Assembly (NCBI GenBank): GCA_963779615.1
Contig: CAVZZA010000003.1
Location: forward strand, 1,024,001 to 1,088,000
Direction: 5' to 3'
Source of the DNA: an uncultured Nitrososphaeraceae archaeon
GTDB lineage: Archaea > Thermoproteota > Nitrososphaeria > Nitrososphaerales > Nitrososphaeraceae
DNA length: 64,000 nt
Shown here one piece after another: positions 43,776 to 54,170 of this stretch (positions are counted from its first letter, which is position 1; every line of letters starts with the position of its first letter). The translations under genes were made by a program, and so were the position numbers. The notes under the pieces are model-generated. The model was not told where the DNA came from, made no database searches, and saw only the letters and a list, made by a program, of their open reading frames with translations.

Positions 43776-44051
43776 TTAATCACTGGGATCATTGTCAATA
43801 GTGTAAGATTTCCTTTCATTGGACACCTTGCCAAAAGTGTAAGATTTTCTTGCGACAGATACCTTGCTACTTGAATGGCAGATTGGACATTCTGCCCAGT
43901 TTTTACCCCCAGAATATTGCCAACAATGACTGCATTTTTGATAGGTACACTGAATCCATAACGACTTCTTTGGGTATTTTACCCAATTTGGTTGTTTGGG
44001 CTTTCTGGTCCTTCTTGCTTCTCTAGGTAAACGAGATAGCCTCATAGTCAT
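43776..44051 (-). CDS. Small basic zinc-binding protein
   Basis: CTYQKCSHCWQYSG...ECPIC; downstream of rad50. Confidence 0.65.
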   Translation of the reverse strand: MTMRLSRLPREARRTRKPKQPNWVKYPKKSLWIQCTYQKCSHCWQYSGGKNWAECPICHSSSKVSVARKSYTFGKVSNERKSYTIDNDPSD

Positions 44052-44126
44052 CTATCACACATTTTAAATGGTAATGCAAATATTAACCTTATCCAAAAGA
44101 AAGCAAAGAGGCAAAGAATATGTTGG

Positions 44127-46277
44127 CTAACATGGTGTAACAATAGATCCTTTGTCACTCATCGAAAATCTGTAAATTTGCTCTATTTCAGAGTTTTCAA
44201 ATATCTCCTCATCATGGGTGATAATTATAATTTGAGACAAAGGTCCAACACCTTTGCTAAAAACATCTGAAATTATCTTGACAAAGGAACGTCGACGCTC
44301 TTCATCCAAATTAGAAGTGGGCTCATCCAGTACAATAAAATCGATTTTTGAGGATCCCATCAAATACGCAATTCCCATCCTTAATGCCAACGATACAGCC
44401 ACTTTTTCGCCGCCGCTTAATGAGATTATATCTATTTCTCCACGCTTACCGTAACACAGAACCTTTATCTCCCTAGGTTTTTCTATCAAAGATATTTTAG
44501 ATATACCAACATTAAAGGTATTGATATAATCAGAGGATTTGACAGATATTAAATTTAATGCCCAAGTCCTTAAGCTAGAACTTACTATGCCATCCCTGTT
44601 GAAAACATTTGATCTGATTTTCTCAAGATCAGAAATAAAACCAGAAGCTGAGTACAATTCAGACTTCAAGCTGTCAAATTCAACAATCTCAGTTTCCAGA
44701 TCTGAGATAGTTTTTTCCAATATTGCTTTTTGTTTTTGTGTTTCGATGAATTTGGATGACAGTCTATTTTTTATGTCTTTCTTTTGTTTAAGAACGTTCG
44801 GGTCAACGTCAACAAGATCACTCTTCATTTTTGTTATAACATCAATCAAGTTTCCTGAATACTCATCAACTTTATAAGACAACCAGTTAGCAGTGCCTTT
44901 AAAATCATTAAAATCCAGCCTGGAAATAATTTGAAAATCTTTATTTAAAGACGTGAGCCTTTCTTCAAGAGCATCTACGTTTTGATTTACAGAAATGTCA
45001 TAAGATGACAAGGTCTTTTCTGCAGATATTATATTTTTTTCTTTTTTTCTGAAATCGAGTTCCTCCATATTTAACTTCAGTATATCAGATGCGATCAATG
45101 CCTTTTCTTGTTGTTTTTTACCTAATTCCTGCCTGATGTGAGAAATATCAAACATATCATTTATTGTGGTTATTTTGGAGTTACACACAGGGCATTTACC
45201 ATCCTTTATTTGGATTTTTTTTGCAAACTCGGTAAATCCATTTAACCTCCCAATTTCACCTTCTAACTTATTTGTCTTTTTAGTTAGTTCTTCTTTCTCC
45301 GATAGGACCATTTGTAGAGTAATAAAAACCTCATCTTTATTCTCCAGAACTGAAAGAGAGTTTTTTACTTCGAAAATCGTCTTTTTGATTTTCTCGATTT
45401 CAATCTTTAGGGAAAATGATTTTTCTTTTAAATATTTTAATAGCGTAGTCTCCAATGCCCTTATTTCTTGAAGTTTGGATATTTTAGGTTCCAAATCGTC
45501 TATTTCTTTTTCCACCACCAACATCTCATCAGTTATTTTAGATAAATCCGAATACACCGTATTAAGGGATATTTTTGATTTTTCAATTCTGTTTCGATTT
45601 TCTTCAGCTTTAGTTATCAGCATATTTATATGATGATCATCGTAACCTCCAGTCTTTTCCCTCAGTGAATTTCTAAACTCATCAATAATTGAATGCATAT
45701 ACGCAAATGACGTGTCCAAACGGTCCAGGCCCATCATATTGTTTAACAATTCCTTAAACTCCTTTGGTTGAGAGTCAATTATTTTATTAATTTCGCCTTG
45801 TTGTATTATACTAGCGATTTGTAACTTTTGATAGTTTATTCCCAATATTGTTTCGATTTCACCGACAACTGATTCTCCAAGTTGTTTTCGTTCCCCCGAT
45901 ATTACCGATCGGTAATCAGGTTTACTTTTTTCATTCCTACCAATTAGAACATTTTGTTTAAGTTGATCTAACTTAACAGACACAAGGTGTCCCGAGTTAT
46001 TGATTTGCCGGTGAATTTTATAATTAACAGAACCAACAGAAAAGTCCATAACAACAAAGGAGCCCGACTCATCAGACGATATTTGATTAATACCCTTGGT
46101 AACTAAATTTTTATTGGATTTGCGGGTATGTTCATCGAACAGCGCAAATGTGATGGAATCTATGATGCTGGATTTTCCGGATCCATTATGGCCTACAAAC
46201 ACAGTTATGCCAGGGGTAAACTCAAGGCTGGTATTTTTATGAGATAAAAAATTATTTAAAATTAATTTCTTTATCAA
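44127..46277 (-). CDS. rad50: Rad50 (SbcC-like) ATPase
   Basis: GHNGSGKS, QQGE, zinc hook CPVC, LSGGE, LDEPT, ITH. Confidence 0.93.
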   Translation of the reverse strand: MIKKLILNNFLSHKNTSLEFTPGITVFVGHNGSGKSSIIDSITFALFDEHTRKSNKNLVTKGINQISSDESGSFVVMDFSVGSVNYKIHRQINNSGHLVSVKLDQLKQNVLIGRNEKSKPDYRSVISGERKQLGESVVGEIETILGINYQKLQIASIIQQGEINKIIDSQPKEFKELLNNMMGLDRLDTSFAYMHSIIDEFRNSLREKTGGYDDHHINMLITKAEENRNRIEKSKISLNTVYSDLSKITDEMLVVEKEIDDLEPKISKLQEIRALETTLLKYLKEKSFSLKIEIEKIKKTIFEVKNSLSVLENKDEVFITLQMVLSEKEELTKKTNKLEGEIGRLNGFTEFAKKIQIKDGKCPVCNSKITTINDMFDISHIRQELGKKQQEKALIASDILKLNMEELDFRKKEKNIISAEKTLSSYDISVNQNVDALEERLTSLNKDFQIISRLDFNDFKGTANWLSYKVDEYSGNLIDVITKMKSDLVDVDPNVLKQKKDIKNRLSSKFIETQKQKAILEKTISDLETEIVEFDSLKSELYSASGFISDLEKIRSNVFNRDGIVSSSLRTWALNLISVKSSDYINTFNVGISKISLIEKPREIKVLCYGKRGEIDIISLSGGEKVAVSLALRMGIAYLMGSSKIDFIVLDEPTSNLDEERRRSFVKIISDVFSKGVGPLSQIIIITHDEEIFENSEIEQIYRFSMSDKGSIVTPC

Positions 46278-47502
46278 TCCAAAGAATCATCATCCTTTTC
46301 TTGATAATTTTTTTTGTTATTTTCATAATATTTCCAAAGGTAATCAACAATTTTCTTGTTCTTGCCTTTGTCGATGTTCATGTTATTGGTGAGTTGTTCC
46401 TCATCATTTATCATCTGCACAAGATCTAAAGACAAGTTTGTCAGGTTTTCAGACTTTAGCGTATTTAAAACCAATTTTGAAAGCTCCTTATCGATTTTAA
46501 AATCGTTTGCATAGTCATAAGAATTGCCAGATACTGACTCCTCATCAAACGTGTTCCAGGCATAATACAAAAAGTAGTCGTTTAGTTTAGATAGTTCACC
46601 AGATAACATTTTAGGATCAATTTTTGCCCCTTTCACTTTTAGATCGAGTATAGGTTTTTTTTGGCAGTTCATGGATAAATCTAAAAGATATTTTAGATGC
46701 CTATCCAATTCACCATAATCTAGTGAGTGGCTTATTTGAAGTCTTCTTTTTTCGATCTTGATCCATTGTGTGGTAACATTTTCAGGGCTGTTTGAAACAT
46801 CAACCATAAGAAACCCTTTTTCCACATCTGAAATAGGCTCATTATGGCCAAGGTCAAGCGATCCGGGATAGGCAACCAAATGGTTTTCAATTTCAGGAAA
46901 GTTTTTTTGTATATGATCATGATAATGGCCCATTGCGTAATAATCAAACCCCAAGGGCAAATCGCTTGCAAAAATCTCACCTGCAAATTTATTAAAGTCA
47001 GATAATCCCTGATGGAGAACCAAAATTTTCTTTATCTTTTCCCTCTTATTTTGTCATTTTTTACCATTTTTTCTAATTTTTTAAATGGTTTAATTAATCC
47101 ATTATCAATGTTGGATCGTCTTTCCTTATTAAATCCATATATCAACAGGTCTTTTATTTGAGCAGGCGAATCTGGCTTAAGTCTTTTAGCTAATCCCAAA
47201 TTATGAAACAAAAATAGAAGGGGCACATCATTGGTTCTGCTTATATCATGCTCCCCAAGTATAAAATAAACAGGAATAGATTTTTCCTTTAGTTTTTTTA
47301 ATTCACGCGCTAATCTTATAACAGAGGCGCCATTGGGTTTGGGATTATGGAAAATGTCCCCAGCAAGAATTATTGCTTCAACGTGTTCATGAATAGATTT
47401 ATCTACTGATTCTTCAAATGCCGCGTAAAGATCTTCTTCACGCTCTTGTAGATTAAACTGGGCGTAACCTAAATGAATATCCGAAATATGGGAGATAAGC
47501 AA
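46274..47502 (-). CDS. mre11: Mre11 (SbcD-like) nuclease, frameshift near 47030
   Basis: SDIHLG, AGDIFH, GEHD, VLHQG, MGHYH, YPGS; overlaps rad50 start. Confidence 0.92.
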
Positions 47503-47570
47503 TCAACATAATATGTAAAATCCATATTTTATATATTATTTATCAAATTAAATAAAGACTTGCCGTTTAA

Positions 47571-47753
47571 TCAACCACCACCAGCATTCGCACCTATTGT
47601 ACCCCAAATTGTTTCTTGATAGTTATCAATTAATTCATTTAAAAGGTCATTCATATCTAGATCTTGTTTTTTTAAATCCACATAATCAATCAACAAGGAA
47701 TTTAATCTTTTGTAGGTGATGTCATCTACTTTTAAATATTGCATTAACAACAT
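47571..47753 (-). CDS. Small hypothetical protein
   Basis: 60 aa, RHH-like pattern LKVDDITYKRL...MNDLLNELID. Confidence 0.5.
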   Translation of the reverse strand: MLLMQYLKVDDITYKRLNSLLIDYVDLKKQDLDMNDLLNELIDNYQETIWGTIGANAGGG

Positions 47754-47843
47754 TTTTGTTAAAGATGTCTATATATAGATTTAAAACAGATTTGTTGAAA
47801 TAATATTAATATGGATAAAATTTATCCATTCATGTGTATATAA

Positions 47844-48146
47844 ATGAGCGATCAGGTTGAGATAACTTCAAATGACAAAAAAAGGAAATTTCTTTTCAAT
47901 ATACTAAAGTTTGATAACGGATATTTTATTTCGATTTCTGAAGAGAAATTGAGGATTGGCTCCATTTCGGTATCTTTAGCGACGACCAACCAAACGAATA
48001 CGGCTAAAGTCATACAGGATAAAAATGATCAGTTATTCATAGACACCCTGTCAAGAAGAATCTCATTGATGATAAATGGAATTTGCATCGTGTCATTTTT
48101 CACAAAAAACAAGTTGCAGTTTGATGACATGAGAGACAATCAATGA
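47844..48146 (+). CDS. Possible proteasome assembly chaperone 4-like protein; 3' end likely frameshifted
   Basis: FDNGYFISISE...IGSISVSL; upstream of ubiD. Confidence 0.55.
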   Translation: MSDQVEITSNDKKRKFLFNILKFDNGYFISISEEKLRIGSISVSLATTNQTNTAKVIQDKNDQLFIDTLSRRISLMINGICIVSFFTKNKLQFDDMRDNQ

Positions 48147-48178
48147 CAAAATATTAAAAACAATAGAGGACAAAAAAG

Positions 48179-49607
48179 ATGAACAATGAGATCAATAACA
48201 ACAACAAAGAAAAAACAAGTAGCGAAAGAAGCAGCATAACCATAGATGCGAATGAAAAAAATACAACAAATACGATCTCAGGGGCTTTATATCCATTTTA
48301 AAAGACAAAAAAGAATTATTGACTATAGACAAAAAGGTAAAAGGAAATTTCAACTTGCAGCAATTGTGGGCAAACTTGACAAGAAAGAAGCAATACTATT
48401 TACCAATGTAGAGGACTCAAAATTCAAAGTTGTATCGAATATACTGGGGACAAGGAAACGCTTTTTCTATGACTTAAAAACAAGCAGTGAAAACAGCAAA
48501 ATTGATTTTTCCAATTTTGCGAACATAAATAAGGAAAGCTATCCGGTTAAAATATCATCTGATGCCCCATTTTATAAAAACAGTTCACAAAACTTGTTAG
48601 ATCTTCCAATCATAACCCATTTTGAGAAAGACGCAGGACCCTTTGTTACATCATCCATAATCTATGTGAAAGATGAGGAAAGTCAAAGTCAAAATTCATC
48701 AACCCATCGCATGTTATTATTAAACAGCAAGGAAATGATAATAAGAATGGTGGAGGGAAGGCACCTCCATAAATGTTTTGTCCACTCTAAAGAACACAAA
48801 GAGGATTTGAAAATAAATGTGGTGATCGGAGTGCATCCTGCTGTGAATTTAGCCGCAGCCTACCAAGCGGCATACGGCATCGACGAAATATCAATAGCGA
48901 ATTATTTGATGGACGGGAACCTGGAATTGGCAAAAAACCAGTTTTCAGGACTGGATGTACCAAAACACAGTGAAATAGTGCTGGAAGGAAAAATACTTCA
49001 CGACAAATTCGCCGAAGAATGGATGGTAGAGATGCTTAGAACATACGACTTTAAAAGAAAACAACCAGTTTTTGAAATTAACAAAATATGGTATAGGGAC
49101 GATCCAATATATTATGACATTTTACCTGGATATACCGAACATAGGTTACTCATGGGGCTGCCTATCGAATCAAAGATATTTGGATATGTCAAAAACACCG
49201 TCCCCACAACAAAGTCAGTCCACCTAACAGACGGTGGAAGTAACTGGCTTAATGCGGTAATTCAAATCAAAAAAAGACTGGAAGGGGAGCCCAAAAATGC
49301 GATTCTTACCGCATTTTCAGCCCACCCTTCCTTAAAGACTGCAATAGTTGTTGACGAAGACATCAATCCAGAAGACCCAGTGGAGGTAGAATACGCAATT
49401 TCCACAAGGGCCCAAGCCGACAAAGACATTTTAATAGTAACCAATGCAAAGGGATCCAGTTTAGACCCATCGAGTGATCAAAACAACCTGTTAACCACAA
49501 AATTAGGGATAGACGCCACCATTTCTTTATTAAAAGACAAGGAGAGGTTTGAAATAGCAAAAATCCCGGGGTTGGAAACAATAGACATAGATGAATTTAT
49601 TAGGTAA
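48179..49607 (+). CDS. UbiD-family decarboxylase (probable anhydromevalonate phosphate decarboxylase); N-terminal frameshifts
   Basis: DAGPF, HR, EIVLEG, EH, VVDEDI, GSSLDPS, KLGIDAT. Confidence 0.9.
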
Positions 49608-50158
49608 ACAACAATAAACAACATGCAAAACTAATTTTGTATTGAGCATGGATAGAAGGCACCAATGATTTTTTATTATTGATATGCAGCGTATGGCAGT
49701 TTTGGTAATACAAAATTTCACCGAAAATATCCGATAAGCTTCAATTTACTAAACACATCTGACCATAAATTGCGTCCATGCATAACAACAGACAGAATTA
49801 ACAAGTTTTGATTTGGCCATGTGTATACAATGCAATGCTGACAAAACAGCAGATACAGACAGACACAATCCTGACTGTACAAAACACAAGTCGCAAAAAG
49901 TTTTTGAGGTACATGCAGCAGCCGATAGAATGCGAAATGACAAAAAGTGAAAGGTCCCCTTTTGGGCGGGTGATTTTGGTTTTCAGTGTTTGAAAGTTCA
50001 GCAATTGACCAAATGACCAGAACACGCAAAATCAAAACTCAAATAAGCGCTTTAAGTCAACCCCTGCTGGATGAAACACTCAGGTCTAAAGGGGTAGCGG
50101 CTTGAAAAAGTAGAACATAAAAGATGTTAGATAAATACTAGGATATCTACATCATAAT

Positions 50159-50362
50159 ATGGACCGCCTAATCGTTGAATCATACAATAATTCGACCATA
50201 AATACAATTTTAGACGACATTGGTAAAAAGTATGCAATAGACACCTCCAAAGAACAATTAAGCGAAGACATTGATGTACAAGAAGTTAAGTTCAAATACA
50301 GAACATATTCAGAATGTATAAGAATATTGTATAAAAGCGTAGGGTATATGAAAGCAGTCTAG
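50159..50362 (+). pseudogene. Short ORF, possibly a remnant of a viral tail/baseplate-type gene
   Basis: 67 aa; pattern resemblance only. Confidence 0.3.
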
Positions 50363-50517
50363 GTCCTTACTTTCATTAATTTGATGTGTCCTGTAGTACA
50401 GTTCTGTGGTCCCCCCACATGAGCATGTAAAAGATCTTTCGCTTTCTCTTCAGATAGTTTTTCCGTGGAGATGTAACCACATTTGTCACAAATAACAATA
50501 AAACTCCATTTCACCAA
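50359..50517 (-). CDS. 52-aa Cys/His zinc-binding microprotein (not in ORF track)
   Basis: MVKWSFIVICDKCGYISTEKLSEEKAKDLLHAHVGGPQNCTTGHIKLMKVRT*, with GAGG upstream. Confidence 0.65.
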   Translation of the reverse strand: MVKWSFIVICDKCGYISTEKLSEEKAKDLLHAHVGGPQNCTTGHIKLMKVRT

Positions 50518-50688
50518 ATATCCTCATGCTAATTATTATCTCACGATATTTATCTATATGTAATAGCGTTATACCTTAAAATGATCTATACCAACAGAGA
50601 AAGGCAATTATCAGCATTAAACGGATTTGGAGTAAATAAATTCTATTTAAATTGTTTATTTATTTAAAGGGATCATGATAGTCAAACC

Positions 50689-51463
50689 ATGAGAGAAGTT
50701 GGGAAAGGAAACTTTCCAAAAGACATTGACGTCAAAATTGCAGAGACGGGTAATGGGATATACAGAATATCAGGGTTTGACGACACATTTGGCATCACAT
50801 TTAACCAATTTTTAATTGATGATGACCAACCAATGCTCATCCATACAGGCCCTATCGGGATGTACAAGAAAATAGAAGAAAAAGTAAAGGAAATAATTCC
50901 ATTGAGCAAATTAAGCTATGTCGCATTCCTACACTTTGAAAGTGATGAATGGGGAGGGATGGCATTTCTTGATTCTGCGGATGCCAAATTGGTATGCAGT
51001 GATTTGAGCTCGAAATTAAATTTGACGGGATGGTACAACATCCCTGTTGACCACATTTCGTTTTGGGACAATGAAACTCTAAAAACAGGCAAGAGGAGGT
51101 TCAAATTCATCATGACCCCCCATGTTCACCATTGGGACAGCATGATGGTTTTTGAGGAGTCGACACAGTCACTTTTCCCATCAGACCTGTTTATTCAGCC
51201 AGGCAACAACAGAACAGTTACAGAAGAGGACCTATCAGACAGCATGCTTGCCCTCTATAGAGGCGCAGGAATATTTGCAAGCGAAGGCCCAGTACAGGCA
51301 AACAACCAAAAGGCTTGAAAGGTTGAATCCAAAAATGGTATTTCCCATGCACGGCTCTTGCATTGATGGCTCCATCTTTCCAAAATATGTGGATGCGATA
51401 ATGGACAATAAATTTGCGTATTCGGGGATGGTGCTTGGGCAGGAATTGGAAACAGTCAGCTGA
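50689..51463 (+). CDS. MBL-fold di-iron protein (FprA N-domain/ODP-like), frameshift near 51298
   Basis: FNQFLI, HFESDE, PHVHHWD, SDLF, PMHG. Confidence 0.82.
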
Positions 51464-51866
51464 TTACGGTTTAAACAGGAAAAACAGCAAAGGAGAGCGA
51501 GATAAACAGACCATAAAATATTTTGGAGTTGCAGCAAAGGTGAAAAAAGAGAGTGAAAATAAGGGGTCTAGAGGAAAAAATGCAAATCAACAACATGATT
51601 CGAGCAAACCAACGCCATTTGATGCATCAGATCAGTCAAAATTCTTGGTTTATCTCCAAGCATTTCTTTATAAAATCTCCTTCATTGTTCCCCCCACATT
51701 ACGCGTAGGAGAAACAAATATGCCTTGGACAAAAACAAGAGTGAAAAGGAATAATACAAAAAAAACATGCAGAAAATAAATTATTTTCTATGCCGAGAAA
51801 AAAATTACACCCATAAAACAGATGATGGAACAAAACATTTTATTAAAACCTTTTGAACATCATAAT

Positions 51867-52534
51867 GGCTCTGTTAACTTAAGAGATTATTTCGCTATTG
51901 TGGTGATAAGCAAACAGATTCAACCATTGTTTTACGTGCTTTAGTTTGCATTTCTTCCTTCTACACGGAAAATAATCGTCAAATCCTTCTGTCCTGTCCT
52001 TGATGTACTGCACAGTCCTCTCTATCAGGCTTTTCTCAAAAGGGGAATGCAGATGATGCTTTAGTTTCAGGAACCTGCATGCTTGTGGATACCAAGTTCC
52101 CCCATCTGTTGAAACCGGATGCTTTCCATACCTATTTGTCAGAGACGCAATAAACCGTTCGGCTACAAGTATTGCTCTTTCAACTGACACATCAATCCAA
52201 AGGATTTTCCTGTGTTTTGGTTCAATTGCAACCCAAGGCCATGTGTGTTGGGAGCCAACCTTAATCTGGGTTTCATCAACAACATACCCATGAACCTTTT
52301 TTTCTCTTGGTTGATAGTCTCTTTGGCCTGTATTTTTGAATCCATTTCCAGACTGACCCCGGGCTTCTTTCCACAAATCGGTTTAACGCCTTTGCAGTGC
52401 TTCTATAAGAGAGACCAAGGAAGTAAAGATATAGTGAATAGGCAATATCCTTTGATTTAGTTCTCTGCATTAGGCACATCAATATCGCTTATGGCATAAC
52501 CGCAACTATAGCTTTTTCTTAAGCTAACAGAGCC
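51867..52534 (-). mobile_element. IS6-family insertion sequence, 668 bp
   Basis: 18-bp TIRs GGCTCTGTTA(A/G)CTTAAGA; DDE transposase inside. Confidence 0.92.
51879..52482 (-). CDS. IS6-family transposase, frameshift in an A7 run near 52300
   Basis: LYFLGLSYR, VWKWIQK, VDETQIK, STDGGTWY, IER...KDRT. Confidence 0.9.
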
Positions 52535-52971
52535 ACATAATAATTCATAATAATATGAAGGCTAATTCAAGTTTTTATTTATTATTTAAAGTCTAGTCAT
52601 AAAGGTATGAGTTTAGTGAGAATAAAATGTAATTCATATTTTTCGTGCCAATAAATAGAATATACTATTTAAAAGTGAAAGTATGAATATCTTTATTACG
52701 ATCGCATTATTCTACAACCACCGCATCTAAAAAAATTATCTGGAATCAGGATCAATACAAGATATTATATGTATACATGGTATCAAATCATTCAACCAAA
52801 TATATTCAGGATAATTGTATAGAAGCCTGAAAGGATAAATTCGCGGTGTTGTTGTATAGTCCCATTTAAATCATATTCACACCTGTATCATTGTAAACAC
52901 CACTTACCCTTTTTTAAATGAAACCCCCTCAATGTGTGTTATTCGGGTTCTTCCCTAATCCTGGAATAATG

Positions 52972-53005
52972 TACTTATAAGCAATACTTATAAGCAATAC
53001 TTATA
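52972..53005 (+). repeat. 13-bp tandem repeat containing a TATA-like motif, about 2.6 copies
   Basis: TACTTATAAGCAA TACTTATAAGCAA TACTTATA, ending 35 nt before ATG 53040. Confidence 0.85.
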
Positions 53006-53039
53006 TCACATATCGACAACAGTTTACTATTAAAGTTAT

Positions 53040-54170
53040 ATGAGCATCATACAGAAAAATGTAGAATATTCAACCAGATCTAACCCCATTAATATGAATT
53101 ATGGTCAAATAAAGTGGTCATGGGCAAGTAGATTGTTACGCAGCGATCATGAATATGAAATTACTAAAGCAAAAGAATATAGTGACACGCCTGTTGTAGG
53201 GGATCTGGGATTATTCAGGGTTATTCGTGTTGGCTCTCACACCAGACTGATAAATATGGATAGTAGGAAAATGAGAATTTATGAAGGAGATTTGTTCGTG
53301 GGTATTTTTGGCAATAGATATGCAACAGATGCTTTTGAAGCAGAAGTAGAAGGGTTGAAAGATCTTTCATTGTTGACTACTGCAGGCATGGTAGGAAGGA
53401 TAAAATCCAGTCATAACTCAACTGGTAGATCTACAGAGGTTTCATTTTTGGGTTTTCTGAAGGACAAGACATCAAACCAAAAAAAAATAAATCTCAAGCA
53501 AACAATATTTAAAAAAAGGTATCTTGATCATTCTTTATCAAGACCTAAAGGACTAGGAAATCTATTGGCTATAGTAGGATCAGGAATGAGTTCCGGAAAA
53601 ACAACCTTTTGTAGAAAATTAGTAAAATCGCTTTCTCAAAAGGGATTATCGGTAGCCGCCTGTAAATTGACAGGGAGCATTTCCCCAAGGGATTTTGATG
53701 AAATGGTTTCGGCAAGTGCCATTTATGTAACAGATTTTAGCGACTATGGTTTTCCTTCCACATATAAATGCGAAGAGAAGGAATTACTTAAATTATTTGA
53801 AATCATGTTATATGATATAGAAAAGTTAAATCCAGATATCATAATAATGGAAATAGCAGATGGTGTTTTACAACAAGAAACCAATTTCTTGTTAAATGAA
53901 CCCTTATTTCAAAAAAGGGTAGGCGGATTAGCGGTTGCAGCAGATAATGCGCCTTCTGCTCTATACACAGTAAACCATCTTGCGAGTTTAGGGTACAAAA
54001 TACTTGCATTATCCGGAGCCATAACATCATCTCCTCTATACGTAAGAGAATTTGAAAAAATGTCTGCTATACCCGTGATATCCTCTGCGGCTAACACCAT
54101 AAGAGTTGGTTCGTTATTTAACAATTTAATAAAGAAAAAAGAAAATATTCACCATAGTTTGGTAGAATGA
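53040..54170 (+). CDS. DUF1611-like P-loop protein
   Basis: GDLFVGIFGNRYATDAFEA, GSGMSSGKTT, CKLTG, DFSDYGFPSTY, EIADGVLQQET. Confidence 0.75.
   Translation: MSIIQKNVEYSTRSNPINMNYGQIKWSWASRLLRSDHEYEITKAKEYSDTPVVGDLGLFRVIRVGSHTRLINMDSRKMRIYEGDLFVGIFGNRYATDAFEAEVEGLKDLSLLTTAGMVGRIKSSHNSTGRSTEVSFLGFLKDKTSNQKKINLKQTIFKKRYLDHSLSRPKGLGNLLAIVGSGMSSGKTTFCRKLVKSLSQKGLSVAACKLTGSISPRDFDEMVSASAIYVTDFSDYGFPSTYKCEEKELLKLFEIMLYDIEKLNPDIIIMEIADGVLQQETNFLLNEPLFQKRVGGLAVAADNAPSALYTVNHLASLGYKILALSGAITSSPLYVREFEKMSAIPVISSAANTIRVGSLFNNLIKKKENIHHSLVE

Noticed and set aside
49718-50035. Overlapping Cys-rich ORFs after ubiD, possible transposase remnant
   Set aside because: No DDE motif or terminal repeats identified.
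52290-52310. A7G run in the IS6 transposase as a programmed -1 frameshift
   Set aside because: Joining the frames needs +1 (one A too many), which fits a homopolymer error or mutation rather than -1 slippage.
51860-52541. Target-site duplication of the IS6
   Set aside because: Flanks TCATAAT and ACATAAT match only imperfectly; no clean duplication can be claimed.
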